In this document: positions 1 through 16,949 of the stretch, piece by piece
How the letters are laid out: every line of letters begins with the position of its first letter
Numbering within the stretch: the stretch's first letter is position 1
NCBI RefSeq assembly: GCF_016432865.1
Contig: NC_067399.1
Coordinates: 277,078,001 to 277,142,000, forward strand
Source of the DNA: Antechinus flavipes
Taxonomy: Eukaryota
Direction of reading: 5' to 3'
Length of the DNA stretch: 64,000 bases
The notes under the pieces: model-generated
Told to the model about the DNA's origin: nothing
Databases searched by the model: none
Seen by the model: only the letters and a program-made list of their open reading frames with translations
Made by a program: the position numbers and the translations under genes

Positions 1-264
1 AACATGTAAGTATTTCCATAATAACTTGATTCAGGTGTCTTAGTTACTTTATGCTTTAGTAGTCCAGTCAAGTCCATGTGAAACCAACAAACATCTAGAC
101 CTTTGTGTGGTTCAGCATATACTACATATTTTTGTTTATTTTTCCTTTTTTTAAAATTTTTTAACAATTCAGTTTATTTTCAATTCTAAATACTCTTCCC
201 CTTCCCCCCCCCCCCCCCATTCAAAAAAAAACAAGAAAAACAAATACATTACAATTATGGATAG

Positions 265-5300
<5,036 letters not shown>

Positions 5301-5600
5301 AGTAGCAGCCAAAAACAGACCACTTTGTATAAGGACTCTTTTACCAGAGATGGGGTAGTCAGTGATTGCCCTAGGGATGAGTGGGACAGCGTGGATGCCG
5401 TTTGAATCCTGTTTAATTTTCTCTAAGCTGTTTCTTTAGGTGCATTGTTAATGGAAACACCAGGACCAGTTGATATTTGTTTGTGGTTTGGGGGTATGGA
5501 GGGTGGGGGGAGGATTATTTGTGTTGGGGGAATATGGAGGGGAAAGGGAGTTGAGTTGGGGGTTATTTTCTAATTTTTTTTGTACATTTGGAACAGTGAC

Positions 5601-5606
5601 AATAAA
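5601..5606 (+). terminator. AATAAA poly(A) signal of PDIA3
   Basis: Canonical hexamer about 300 nt after the stop, preceded by a U-rich tract and TGTA. Confidence 0.75.
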
Positions 5607-6398
5607 TGAACCCCCTTTAAACAAAGTTCTTGGGGATAGGGGGAAATGGAGAGGTAATATTGCCAGTTAGATTAAAGCATTACCCCATACCAGAAAACTA
5701 ATCTGATGTAAAGCCAGATTTGTCCCTATGTTTACAGACACTTTTCTGGTGATTATCAAAGATTATTCATGGATTCTTCTTAGGCCCTATGGGTAGGTTG
5801 CTATTTATCCTTGTTAAACACCTGAGACCATTGCTTGTTTATACTTCCCTAGGGCTGCTGTTAGCCCTAGAATATTCTGCTATTGCAGTTCCTGAGTTTG
5901 GGTGTGGCTTGAGTTTGGGGTTTATTCCAGACTGTTAGTGGAACTGCTGACACTAATATGGGTGCAGTTCTATGCATTCTACAGCCTGGGGTGTGGTACA
6001 GTAACCTCTTTTATTTGTTAAAATTGGTGATGGTCATAATATTCTCAGGGCATCCCTTTTCCTCTTGCCATATTGCTATATAAAAAAAGCATGTACCTAA
6101 GTGATAACATTTTAATTTGCTATGGATAATGTGCAAGTTTATTATATCGGTGTTTTTATGGGTAAAACCTAAGATACTCCTTCCTCAGCATAGTTTTCAT
6201 ATCACTCAAAAATGATACCTAGAGACTCTGACTTGAAGAATGTAATTATTCTTAGAAAGGGGACTGGCTTCTTCAGGAACCTAGTTTTGTTTGAGTTAAG
6301 TAGATGGCAAATGTTATACCCCTCCTCAAACACCTGTCCCCTCTTCAAAATATTTGACAACAGATCAATTTGTACAGACCACACAGGAGCAGTCATCA

Positions 6399-6404
6399 TT
6401 TATT
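6399..6404 (-). terminator. Candidate AATAAA poly(A) signal of ELL3
   Basis: TTTATT on + (AATAAA on -) 500 nt past the ELL3 stop. Alternatives exist at 6010-6015 and 5921-5926. Confidence 0.45.
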
Positions 6405-6903
6405 TTCCTATAGTATTTGTAAAGAAATCTCTAAACATTCTCATTATCTCCACGTGGGCTATAGTAGAGCCCTTTCCCTTAGTACATTTGAGAGGAAATG
6501 AGGTTGTAAACAGGTCCCAAGTAGCTGTTATTCTGGTCTCTCAAAGGGATCATAAAATTAGTTTTTAGCCATTGTTTCCTTAGTATTCTATCTTCGAGGT
6601 GGTTTTAATCTCTTGAGTTATCAGAGTTGTGGCAATCATGACGAAACCCTGTTGTACTTGGGCACAGCTGGAAAAAATTGGTACTAGGCCAACATAACCT
6701 GTCTAGCACGGGATAATGTAAATATCTTGGTAACAATGAGAACCAAACCCCTCAAGGATTTGTAGGAGCACCTGCTATTTCCTCTCCATCCCCCCCAGAG
6801 TCATCATCAGTGATCTCAGTCATAGGCCTAAATCATTTGTTTCATAGTCACCCTGTTTATCAAAATCTCACCAGACAAAAGGCCTGAGGCTCTCCTGGCA
6901 GCC

Positions 6904-9900
6904 TCAGCTGTCTCCATTTTTCTCAAACTCCAGAATGAGGTTTTTGATGTGTGACAGTTTCTGATGCAGGTACTCACAGCGCTGTCTTTCTTCCTTGTAA
7001 CCTGGACACCGCTGCAGAGACAAAACTAGTATCTTAGATTATTTCCCTGCTTCCAAATTTTCTTTATCTACCCCAGCCCTAGTCATACCTTCCTGAATTT
7101 TTTGTATTCTTGGACTATCTTGTCTTCTAGCACCTGAAACAAAAAGAAAAAACATGAACAGCCCTAAGTTGACCCTCAACTTCTTTGAAAGGGAGATAAT
7201 AACTTTTTTGTTGTTGTTATATACAGTGTAAACTTTTCTCCCAAAATAATCATTTAGTGAGTCAGTTACTAGTTAATGAGTTTTTTGGGTGTTTTTTGAA
7301 AAGGCTTTTTTTTTACCTTGTGTTCTGGGGTGCCTCGTTGTACTCTTTTGATCTCCATTCCCAACTGCATGAATCTTCGGCTGACAGCCCCAACACGTGC
7401 ATGTAGGGCTCGATACTCTGCATAATCTGCTTCAAAATCTTGCTCATAGACACGACACTGTTCAGTATTATGGATGACTCCATATTGCCTGCCAAAGCCA
7501 TAAAATCATCACTCTACTGTCCCCAAATGTCACTCCCTAGCCACAGGAGTGTAAGGTCACTCAGGAACAAGTACAGAAGAGATAATATACTCACAGGAAA
7601 TAGTCTGGTGTTTCTCCAGGAAGCAGTGGTTCTAGGCCTGGTGAAGAAATGGACTATGAAAGGAAAAGGTATCTCTCTCTCTCAACACTGCAGGAACTGT
7701 CACCCCCATAAATTTTACCTGCTTGTAAGGATCTGTGTTCCTGTCTGGCACCTGCATTGTGGTCTTGTTCCCACTCTTCTCCCTCTTCTTGTGGATCATG
7801 ACTGGGAAGCTCCTGTGGGGTGCTGGGAGCTCTGGGCCTCTTGTCCTCTGGTTCTGGTAGATCTAGAGAGGGGTGTCGCTTCTAAGAGAAATTTAAAATC
7901 CAGATTTTCAAAACAGACTTAGCCCTACCAGATACCTCCCTCTTCTTAACTAGTACCACATGATAGAATTCTGAAGTTGAAGAACAGTAGAAGTTTATAT
8001 CCTAAAACTCCCAAGAGGTTCATTGCAGTTTCCAAACAAAATGGGAAGGATTAATTCTTGAAGCAGAGTTTAAAGTATTTGAAGATCAAAGTGTTATGAG
8101 CCTTGGTTTCCCTATCTGTAAAACTGTAACCATGCTTATGTCATCAGAGAAAAGTGCTCTTAAGCACTATGTTGCTGTAAGTTATTCAAGGTGGCACTGG
8201 ATCAACAGCACTGAATTTGGAGTTGACCTGTTTCAACTCAGTTCATTTATAGTCTCTGACTTTGAAATGTCTCTGGGGCTCAGTTTCCCCTTTAAAATGA
8301 GAGTGTCAATTAGATAACCTCAGATCTCTTCCAGTTCTAAATATATGACCCTGTAAATAATCACTCACCATGTTCAAGTGCCTCTGGCTGGACAAGGAAG
8401 AGGGCCTCTGATCTGGTCCTTTTGTAGGGTGAGGACTTGAGTCCCTATAGTGTGAGAAAAAAGTAATTAGTTTGGAACTTAAATTTTTTTTAAGAGTGCT
8501 TTTGGATTTCTTGTTGCCAATACTGCCTCTCCTTTTTGCCCTTCCCATTTTATTCCCAAGTACCTCAATACCCACTCTGCCAGATGATCTCTTGAGGATC
8601 CTGGAATAGGCTGTACCTCTTGACTGTTCTCCAGAGGATCCAGCACCTTGGGGGAAGGTGATGCCTGAGGTTGGAGGCAGCAGTGTCAATCTGGAGCCCC
8701 TTCACTCTTAGGCTTCCAGATCTTTTATTGTAATACCCCTTAACTCCGGGCCTCACCTCTTCTACGAACAGCTGTGGTTGATGTCCCACATGCAATCCAT
8801 TGCTCTGCTGGTTCCCTGCGTCCCTAGCACGTTCACCCTGCTGATTTTCCTGAAGTGAAGATGATACTGGTACAGAATCTACAGCAGAGCAGATAGTAAT
8901 TCGCTCTCGAAGAGGACCAAGGCATCGAAGCAGGCCTGGTCCAGATCTGAAGGGGAGTGGAAAAAAGAGGGAGCAAAGTATATAAAGGATTCAACATCGA
9001 AAGTCCTCCTTCTGTCATGCTATGTACGTCCATTTACCTGCCTAAGCGGTGGCGCACAAGGTCCAGCCCACCTCTTGGCCCATCTGCTCCACATTGGGAC
9101 ACTATGAAAGAGAAGAGGCAGGAACAGCCAGGGCCGGGAAGTCGCAGGTACTGAAAGAATAAACCTAATAAGTTGTCTCCCTTCAGAGCAAAAGCTAAAG
9201 CTCATCACTTCTCGAGTAAACACTTAGGGAGACTTATAAAGTTGGCCTGTGACAAGGAACTAGAGTCCCTGGGGGCTTGTTAGTGATACCAAGTGCAGCT
9301 GGACCTGAGCTCCCTCTGGAAGCACAGGCTTCCTCTATCTCTAGGGTCCTTCCTGTCTCCCTCCCCCCACCTCACCGGAGCCTTGTGCCTACACAGAGGC
9401 AGACTTTGCGCCTCGATGCCTGCTCAGGTTAGGCTGTTGCACCAGAAGAGGGAAGGCGGTCTAGTTGTGGTGCCACTCCAGTTTCTCTGATCGCTTTGTG
9501 GCATAGCCAAAACTCCCTAGTACCATATCCTCGGCAACGCCCTTTTGCTCCCATACCCTTCAAAAACTTAAAGAGTCAGTCCTTCACTCACCCCTCGGTT
9601 GCCCCGGAAGGTGATCACAGGTTGGGCCTGAGGGAGACAAGGAGGGAGAGCTGAGGACCAAGAAGTGTCTTTAGCCCCGTTGTAAGGAGATCTGTGATAC
9701 TTGCCTTCTAAGTGGCTCAGACTAGTGGGGGATCGGCAGAAGTCTTCCGCACCCTTGGGTCCATAGAGGAGTGGGAGGCAGGGTTTGGGGGTAGGGAGTT
9801 GGTGTGTGGCCGGGGGGTCCAGGACCAGTGCTAAAAGGGTTAAAGAGCTTGTAGAGAAGCCTGTATCTGAATGGGAGTGTAGGATTGAGAAAAAGACCTC

Positions 9901-10081
9901 GGGATGATTGGGAACCAGTCCCGGATCGACTATGGAGAAGGGTTCGCACCTGTATCCGCTGACAGTCCTGTAGCGCACGCAAAGCTGAATCGTTGAGTCG
10001 GAGTAGTAGGAGACTAGTTCGTGGACCAGGAGTAAAAGAGAGCCGCAGTCTCCCGCTCAGAGGCTCCTGTGGCCCCGCCAT
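6904..10081 (-). CDS. ELL3: RNA polymerase II elongation factor ELL3, 11 coding exons, 392 aa
   Basis: Exons (minus) 10081-9950, 9627-9592, 9150-9038, 8946-8757, 8664-8564, 8444-8369, 7881-7719, 7637-7595, 7488-7317, 7133-7089, 7011-6904, total 1179 nt. Kozak gccATGG. N-terminus MAGPQEPLSGRLRLSFTPGPRTSLLLLRLND; C-terminal occludin/ELL domain YEQDFEADYAEYRALHARV...RCEYLHQKLSHIKNLILEFE. The exon 5 acceptor is slightly uncertain (8664 vs 8646). Confidence 0.95.
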
Positions 10082-10689
10082 GGCGGTGATACTGGAGGCA
10101 AGAGCAATCGAGGCTGCTGCAGGAGTAGGACCACTAGTATCACCACTCCGCTCCAGTTTGTCTCTGCCAGCTCCACCTATCCCTGCCCAACCCAGTCCAG
10201 CCCCTTGGTTTTGACCCCGCCTCTCCGAAGGCTCCGCCCCCAAGTCTCTTAGGCCCCTGCCCGCATGCTAGAATCCCTGATCCCTCAATCTATTCCTCCC
10301 AAAGAGTGAAGGAAAGTCTTGCATCTTTGGCCTGAAAGCGGTGGGATCAGGAAGGGACTAGACATTGAGGGACTCTGGAAGAGTTCCTAAAAAAAGAGTG
10401 AAAGGAGGAGCAAAGGGGTCCTGGTAGAGTCAGCTTTTTAAAGCAAAATCCTCGTTCCTGCCTCAGTTTCCTTGGCCTAATTTGAACAAAATGCTTAGCT
10501 CTTCTCAGTCTCGTTATTGTGGATCTCCCGAGTTTTATCTTGCCGTCATTCCTAGGGGATTGAGGTCGCCGCAGAGGGTGGAGGTGAAGGGCTGGGGAGA
10601 AGAGGGACCTAAAGATAGGACAAGTACCTGCGCTGCTCAGGAAGCTAAAATGAGCCCCTAGAGGGCTAGAAGATGGCAGGTCAGAAGTC

Positions 10690-10903
10690 CTGACCTCAGA
10701 GTCCCGCTAGGATCCCAAGCACGAAAACCCGACCCGTCCGTTTTCTCTTGCCCGGCACGCCATGCCAGAAGCTGCTACCTGAAGTCCTGAGCCGGGCCTT
10801 TCCCCAAGGCTGGAGCAACTGCTGGGCCCTCGGGGAGAGAATGGGAAGGGTAGTGTGGACAGCCTTTCCGCCGCTGCTGGCTGGGTGTACCTGACCGGTA
10901 AGC
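10690..10903 (+). promoter_or_regulatory. Divergent promoter / candidate non-coding upstream first exon, head-to-head with ELL3
   Basis: Local CpG enrichment about 0.6-0.8 kb upstream of the ELL3 ATG, ending in a strong + strand donor CCG|GTAAGC at 10897/10898. Confidence 0.45.
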
Positions 10904-11614
10904 GGGTCTGGTGTGAGACGTGAAGGGTTCCGGAGATGAGTGGCCTGGGAAGAAGGAGACAATCCTGCCTGGCTTAGGCCACTCCCCACTAGAGACCTGT
11001 TGTACCGGCAAGGCAAGGCTTAGTTTCAGCTTTCTTCCCTAGAGAACAGGCTGGTTTGCAAGTGGTTAGTGGAAGAAGCAAAGGGCTTTATTCCTGAGAC
11101 AAACTAAAACTGTTGGGGGTCCTAGAGGATAGAAGTTTGGTTGAGGGAGACTTAAAGACTGGACTGTTCAGCCAGGTCTAGGGCAACCATCCAGGTGTGA
11201 AGGAGTCGTAATCCAGATATTTTGCCTCCTGCTTTCTGTTCCCTTACAAGTACCTTCATGCCTGTTTTTTTTCCTGCTCTCCACCCACCTGGATCTTCCT
11301 GCCTCACCCTGTAGACATTCATATCTTCAACTCAACAAATGTTTATTATACTCTACAATGTGGGGCTTTAGGGATATAAAGAAAAGAAAGGTTTGGGCCC
11401 TCAAGTTATATTGTTCTAGGAAGGATATAATGTACACAGACCCATAGCTACAAGGTAATCTGTGGGATTAGGGAAAGCCTTACTAAGGAAATGACATTGG
11501 AGATGTGTACATCCCACATATAGGGAACATTGAGCAAATATAAAGAGGCAAATGTTAAATTTAGAGTCCAGTGTATCTTTCAATGTTGCATAGATAGCCC
11601 TGACCTGGGAATCA

Positions 11615-12065
11615 AGCAGCTAGGTTGTGCAGGAGGGTAGAGTGCTGGCCTTGGAATCAGAAAAACCTGAATTTGAATCCCACCTTAGATACTTACTAGC
11701 TTTCTGAGCCTGGACAAATTATGTAACATGTTTGCCTCCATTTCCTCAAGTGCAAAATAGGGATAATAGTACCTCCCAGAGTTGTGGTGAGGATCAAATG
11801 AGATAGTAATTGTAAAGCACTTGGGAGTCAGGAAGATTTGAGTTTAGAAGCTGTCCCAGTCACTTACTAGCTGTATGATGCTGGATAACTCCCTTAATAA
11901 AAACAAACAACAAAAAACCCTAAAACTGTTGCCTCAGTTTTCCCACCTGTAAAAAAGGTAGCTAGTACCTACTTCCCTCAGTTGTTATAAGGATCAAATA
12001 AGGTAGTATTTGTAAAGCACTTTGCAAACTTTAAAGTGACATGTAAATCCTAGCTGTTATCATCT
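11615..12065 (+). mobile_element. Two tandem MIR/MAR1-like SINEs
   Basis: Two consecutive copies of the pattern ggaatcag..gagttt..cacttactagct..gcctc..tttcc..tgtaaaa..aggatcaaat..tgtaaagcactt. Confidence 0.65.
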
Positions 12066-12746
12066 TCAATTTTAAATACTGACCAGTTCTTGCTTCATAT
12101 ATAGAAAGCGTAAAGATCATCTAAACATTAAGGTCCTGTCATTGCCATTAGCAGAACAGTAATCAGTTTAAAGGAGAATGGGAAGGAGTCTCCTGGGAGG
12201 CATAAGTAGATTTGGTGTTTGTTTTTTCCCTACTTAGTATTTTCAAACAGTTGTGCTGGGGTGGGGGAAGTGGGCAGCAGGCTAGGTAGCGATAGGCTGG
12301 GAGAGGACCATAAGGTGAAATGCCTGAAAAATGACTAAGTTGTCAAGCTATGTAGCATTGATTTGGTGCTTTCTAACTGGTGGAAGCCTTTTTGTTTTTG
12401 GCTTAGTATCACCATTGCTTTATTTTTTGTGGGGTTTTTATGTTTGAGTGGGGTGAGAAGAAAAGAGAAGGTAATAAATCTATGGGACTTACCAATTTAA
12501 AAAACAAAAGAAAAGAAAAAAATCCCCCCTCTCCCCCCCCCCTCCCCCGACATTATGATTCAGGTGAACTTCTTCCCAGGGTGATACAAAGACTACTGGT
12601 ATCCCTGATCCTTAAGCTTCATGTTTCATAGTCCCTCACTATGGAGCACAACTCCCTCTTTCCCTCCTTCCTTCCCTCCCTCCCTCATTTCTGGGCTGTC
12701 ATTCTCCATACACAGGCACAGACACTCTCCTCTCCTGCAGTCCACT

Positions 12747-12785
12747 TTCATTTATTTATTTATTTATTTTTATTTTTATTTTTTT
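12747..12785. repeat. (TTTA)n simple repeat
   Basis: tttatttatttatttatttttatttttatttttttt seen directly. Confidence 0.8.
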
Positions 12786-15254
12786 ACAGAGACTGTGGAT
12801 TAGAGTAGAGGTAAGTATTCATTGCTCACTTCTCAAGATTGTAGACACTTGCAGGGCTTGCCAGGATATTGAACAGGTTATCCCATCTATCTCCTTGGCT
12901 TTAGGCTTTTTTTGTCCTTTCCTCCTACCAGACTGCTAGGGATAAAGGCTGGGGGGTGTTATTACTGTCCTTAGACATCTTCGGGAGAATGCCTAATCAC
13001 CTGAATTGCTATCTCCAGTCATCTTGATCTATATCTTGCCCCTGGATTCAGATGGCTCTGGAGGGGAAAGTGAGGCAACCCTCCCTCACTTAAATCCATT
13101 TCACTTGCATGACATGACAATACTTCCCTGATGTCATGGTCTTCTTTGAGAACAAAGGACAAATAACAGCCCTGTTCTAGTTCTTCAAGCCCTTTGCAAT
13201 GAGAAGGGTCTTCCTACAGTCCCAATTCCCATATCCTGTGATATCTTACCTTACAAGGAGCCAGATATGCCAGCAGGATCATGATTCTATATGAAATTAA
13301 GCTCCTGAAGATTGCTCCAACTCAGGACACCAGGGATCTGTCCCCAGCCCAGTGCCTGAACCTGGTCTGGCTGGTGGGAGTGGTGCAATGATCACTTGCA
13401 ATGAGGGTGGAAGTGGAGAGGGAGGGTAGGCGCTCCAGGACTGGCACTGTGTACTTGCTGCCTAGTTCTGTGGTGTATTAGTAAATAGTGGATAGGCATG
13501 AGGGAGCAGGATGCAGAGGACAGTAGGAGAGATGGAAGGTGCAGGGGAGGAGGGGCTCTTGGGAGCAAGGCCTAGAGACAACCTTTGGGAACAATTTGCC
13601 TGAGTTGGCTGTAATACCTATATATTCCATCAAGTCCACAGAACACGGAGGATAGGATTTACACCAGCTGGGTGATCGGGTTAAATGTTTGAACAACGTA
13701 AAAGTACAACTGAAGGGATTGTCAGGAGAAGCTCTGAGGTCATCTGGGACCCTTGCAGTGTTATTCAATCTTTGTTCAGGAAGGGTAAGGTGTGTTTATG
13801 GGGGGTGAGAATACATTAGGACAAAGAAATAGGGGGGATTGTTACAGCACAATCTTGGGGATGGGTGTAACCGATTGAAATGGGAATGGAGAGGCAAGGC
13901 CATTTCAGAACCCTAAGTTCTGGGCCCCCTGACAAAGAGGAAATCCAATTTGGGGGCCTCTCATACTTTTATCCTTTTTCCCACACTGAGGAAATTCCAT
14001 GTCTATCCTTAGCTGTTGTTCAGAGAGAGCAGATATTCTGCCAGCCCTGGCTACCTTGAAGCTGGAACCCACTAACAAGGCAAAATCTACTAATTCCATC
14101 TGGATATTTTCCCTCTGCCCAACTCTCCTTACTTGGGTTACTTTCAGATTTTGGATCTACCCCTGAAATCCCTTATTTCTCATTCTTGCAATCTTCCCTG
14201 CCTTCTAGGCTCACCCCACCCCTTTGCAAAGTTCTAGGAGGGAAAGACTAAAACCTCAGAGATATCACCAAAGCAGCCATCAAGAAAGCAGGGCTGAGAG
14301 GTGCCAATGGGATCAGAGCTCTTCCTCTGGGCTCAGAGCACCTAAGCACAGGGCTGTTTTGCTCCCTCAGGCCATCTACCTGGCACTGTCCATGCTGGTG
14401 ATACAGCAGCATAGTGCAGCAGCAGAGAACATGGTTCCTTGCCCTGATCGATCAGTTCCTTTGGCCTGGCCAGTGCCTCCTAAGATGCAGATTCCAGGAC
14501 ATATCTTCCTATCAGATTTCTCACTTGGTTGACCCATGATGTTTGGTGTTAGAGGAAGTGACGACTTTAAAAATAATGTGCCCCAGACTGGCTGTGGAGG
14601 CTAGACAGATAACAGCAGTTGGAGTCTCTGCCGTTGCAAATGATAAGCCTCTAGCCACTAACCCCAGTTCTCCTGACATTGGGGGAAGTCCTAGTTCCCT
14701 TCCCCAATTTTCCCTTTTCCTGAAAAGAAGTCTTAGTTCCCTCATTCTCCCTCCTCAATTCTCTTGTTTAAAATCACTGTATTAGGGTTAAGGGCAGGGG
14801 ATCTTTTTGGTTCCCCCTTCAGCCCAAGAGCTTCCACCTTATCGAAATTTAGTGTTTTTTTTTTTTTTTTCTGATAGACAACTCAGGACATCTAAATGCA
14901 TGATATCTTTGTTCTAAGGACTTTTCTGTGCCAACTTATGGTTTTTCTTTCACTGTCTAGTATTTTGTTTGTTTTTAGTCTTTTCCCTTCCATCTAAAAA
15001 AACCCACAGAAACCCCCACAAAGAATATTAATATTATTCTTTACTGGGTTTTTGTGTATTGAGGACATATAGTAATACTAGAAAGTTATCTCTGAAAGGC
15101 AAATATAGTGCATATTGATAAAGCTGAAATGAACAGCCTGAAATATGATAATCCAAAGTTAATTGGCCAAAGAGAAACATTAAAAAAAGTTTGGATTTAA
15201 AAAATATAAAGAAAAGAAAAAGAGAAAGAAGCTTCAGATAGAACAATATAATAT

Positions 15255-15460
15255 ACTATATATAGGATTGTTGTTGCTTTTGAGTCTGATTCTTTGTGAT
15301 CCCATTTGGATCTTTCTTGATAAAGATATTGAAGTGATTTGCCATTTCTTTCTCTAGCTCATTTTACAGTGACTTGCCCAGGATCACAAATATCTGAAGT
15401 CAGAGCTGAACTCTCTTCCTATTTCAGGACCAGAGCTTTATTCACTGTGCCATCTAGCGG
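15255..15460 (-). mobile_element. MAR1-like marsupial SINE
   Basis: Reverse copy containing gtctgattctttgtgatcccatttgg...gatttgccatttc...gtgacttgcccaggatcac...cactgtgccatctagc. Confidence 0.6.
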
Positions 15461-16949
15461 CTCTGATACAAAACTTCACCGCTGCTCATTCTACAACTAC
15501 CAAGCTCTAAGGTTCTTGTGTAATTGCACAAAAGGCAGATTTGTATTTGCAGCAGGTCCAAGGTTCAAATTTTTGCCCTATTCCTTATTACTTTTCCTAC
15601 TTTGGCTAACAAAAATTATTTTGTCTGCCAGCTTGATAAAGGAGTCCAAATTTACCATATCATCAATAAAATCAAGCCAGTTACTGATTTATGTAAAATG
15701 TCTTTAATTTTCTTTAGTTACTTTACAGACATCTTCTGTACATTCATGTACTGATTTTTAATCAACATAAAGAGGCTTTTTGTACTCTTGGGCAAGTCTG
15801 TCCCAACAAAATGGTGTGACAGCTCCAAGATCAAGTCATAGCGACTAATGCTACACATAAATTAAGCCACAAAATTACCCTCTCACTTGTTTGAACACTT
15901 TCTATCTACCCCCCTCCCCCACCCCACCCCTGCCCATTCTAGCTTCTTTTCTATCTCATCTCTTATTCCATACCCTCAAGCACACATGGTTCAATCACTC
16001 TTAACTTTCTAACTGCTGATTCTGTGATCTTATTCAAAAGGTCCAAGTATGGGTGAACATAAAGAAAGGGCAGAAGTGATTCAGAGTCCATTCCACTCAC
16101 AGTTTAACACCTTAAAACATTCCAACTGTAGTAGGTGGAAAGGAAGGATAAGGCCAGACCATTTCTCTCTCAGATAAAATCAGAATCTCAACTGGTTGTA
16201 TATGAAGAAAAGAAGGGAATGACAAAAGAGGAAGGAGGAATATCGTTTTGGGTTTAAAACTGAAGTCAGGGGAAATCAGTTGGATTCTCAGAACCTAGAA
16301 CTGACTGGTTCTGCTGGTATGAGGCTGAATCTTTGAAAACAGAGTAAGCAAAGTTATTTCTTCCTCCTTCATGTTATTAACCAAGACTCAATTTCTCAGT
16401 TTGAGCCTTTGAGTATTTAGATGGCAAACTTTCAACATCTTGAATCCCTGAAGACCCTGAAAAAAAACATAGGGCCTTTTGATTTAACCTAATCACTTTC
16501 TACCTGAAACTTTTCCCGATCTCTTTTAATTATTTCCTATTTAACCTGTATTTAAATTTGAATGTATTTGTTTGTATAAGTCCTTAACACTGATTTGTCT
16601 TTTTTTGTATCCCCAAATCTTGGCACAGTTCGTGGCACATAATAGGGGATTGATAAATGTTTATTGAACTGAATTATGGCCAAAGGGTCATGAAGTATGT
16701 TTTCCTATGATTTTACAGAAGATGACAACTGGATTCAGGACTTATTCACCGACCTTTCTTAGCAACTACTCCATAGGAAGTGCTTAGTGAAATAAACTCA
16801 GTGCTCTCACTACCTTCCCAAGAGCCTTATCTATGCCCACAATGAGGAATCTTTGCAATCTACTCTTGGGAACTCAAATTTAAAGGGTCTGGGGATGGAA
16901 CAACTGAAACGACAAACTGGAGACCTTTCCTGCCAACCCAGGCAACTGG

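Noticed and set aside
9722-10243. 173-aa ORF suggesting an N-terminally extended ELL3
   Set aside because: It starts at TTG rather than ATG and runs through the exon 1 donor. The ATG at 10081 has an ideal Kozak context and matches the known N-terminus.
12900-14800. Possible additional gene between ELL3 and SERF2 (ORFs of 60-102 aa)
   Set aside because: No ORF resembles a known protein, and I could not build a consistent exon chain. The sequence may hold non-coding SERF2 exons, but none can be supported here.
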